Positions 63,355-64,000 of a stretch of 64,000 nucleotides of DNA are shown piece after piece. Source of the DNA: Clostridia bacterium 41_269 (GTDB lineage Bacteria; Bacillota; DTU086); contig LGEZ01000009.1 in NCBI GenBank assembly GCA_001508005.1, positions 2,493 through 66,492 of the forward strand. The letters run 5' to 3'. Position 1 is the first letter of the stretch, and each line of letters begins with the position of its first letter. The notes under the pieces are model-generated. The model was given only the letters and a program-made list of their open reading frames with translations. It was not told where the DNA came from and made no database searches. Both the position numbers and the translations under genes were made by a program.

Positions 63355-64000
63355 ATGTTTAAGCTGGAAATATTTAAAAAAGCGGCTGTTTTATTAACCG
63401 CCCTTATACTGATGTATAATGAATTTTTTGGGACATTTTTTTAAAGTTTTCAAGCTTATTGTGGTAAAAGGTCTGGAAGAGCCCTATGATGTTATTTTTA
63501 AAGAATTAAATTACGGTCTAATAACTGACAGCTTAACAGGGCTCTTCAATAGAAGGGGATTCATAGAATTTTTTGAAAGGATAATCAAAAAGCAAAAATG
63601 GAAAATAAAAGCTTTGGCCTTTTCATGATTGATCTGGATAATTTTAAGAATGGTAATGATATGTTTGGGCACCTTGAAGGAGACAGAATTCTTAAAGATT
63701 TTGTTTTACTTCTTAAAAATGCAGTAATAAGGGACACGGATGTGGTGTGCAGGTAGGGGGAGATGAGTTTGTTGTTATTATTACTTCTCCCTGTGAAACA
63801 CTGAAAAATATTGAAACTCGCGTACGAAAAGCAGTGAAAAATGGCTTAAGGAAGATGAAACAGCTGCGAAAGCACAGCTTGATGTAAGTATCGGCAGTGC
63901 CTGCTGGAAACCCATATGGATGATGATGTGAATATTCTTATCAATGCCGCAGATAGAATTATGTATGCAGAGAAAAACCTTAAAAAGCTGAATAGAGCAT
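63355..64000 (+). pseudogene. GGDEF-domain (diguanylate cyclase) gene with multiple frame disruptions, runs off the window
   Basis: Short ORF fragments in three frames: ...DSLTGLFNRRGF..., ...FMIDLDNFKNGNDMFGHLEGD..., ...VGGDEFVVII... At least 4 frameshifts in about 600 bp, several at homopolymers (e.g. GG before TAGGGGG where RVGGDEF needs one more G). Confidence 0.6.

Overview
This 64 kb window looks like chromosomal DNA from a low-GC, endospore-forming member of the Clostridia. It is a core region rather than an accessory island, and every supported gene lies on the + strand.

Gene content, left to right:
- a conserved protein, a NUDIX hydrolase, spoIIM, xerD, deoB and pdp
- a D-Ala-D-Ala carboxypeptidase, glnA, the spoIIAA-spoIIAB-sigF operon and a spoVA operon (C, D, Eb, Ea, AF)
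- three genes that together resemble a split CoA-substrate-specific enzyme activase
- a stand-alone trpB2, lysA, an M50 peptidase, trpS, scpAB, a ytfJ-like gene, dacB-spmAB, rluB, a cobalamin adenosyltransferase and ilvC
- a HutP-family gene, then an aromatic supraoperon: aroH, trpE-G-D-C-F-B-A, a DAHP synthase gene, pheA, tyrA, aroA, cmk and plsC
- an ispH-rpsA fusion, spoIIP, a YIEGIA pair, a DUF512 radical-SAM protein, der, plsY, gpsA, spoIVA, an ACT-hom-thrC-thrB-aspartokinase operon and a GGDEF remnant

The most interesting signal is a set of three (G/U)AG triplet-repeat sites, each spaced exactly like a binding site for TRAP, the trp RNA-binding attenuation protein (MtrB). One sits in a trpE leader and forms a full terminator/antiterminator attenuator. 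One overlaps the trpD ribosome-binding site (RBS). One overlaps the trpB2 RBS. No mtrB gene is in the window, but a HutP-family RNA-binding protein is encoded just upstream of aroH-trp. That adjacency suggests a possible, previously undescribed regulator of the trp genes.

The sequence also carries several single-base homopolymer frameshifts (pdp, trpD, pheA twice, the GGDEF gene). These may be assembly errors, genuine pseudogenes or slippage-prone sites, and raw reads are needed to tell which.
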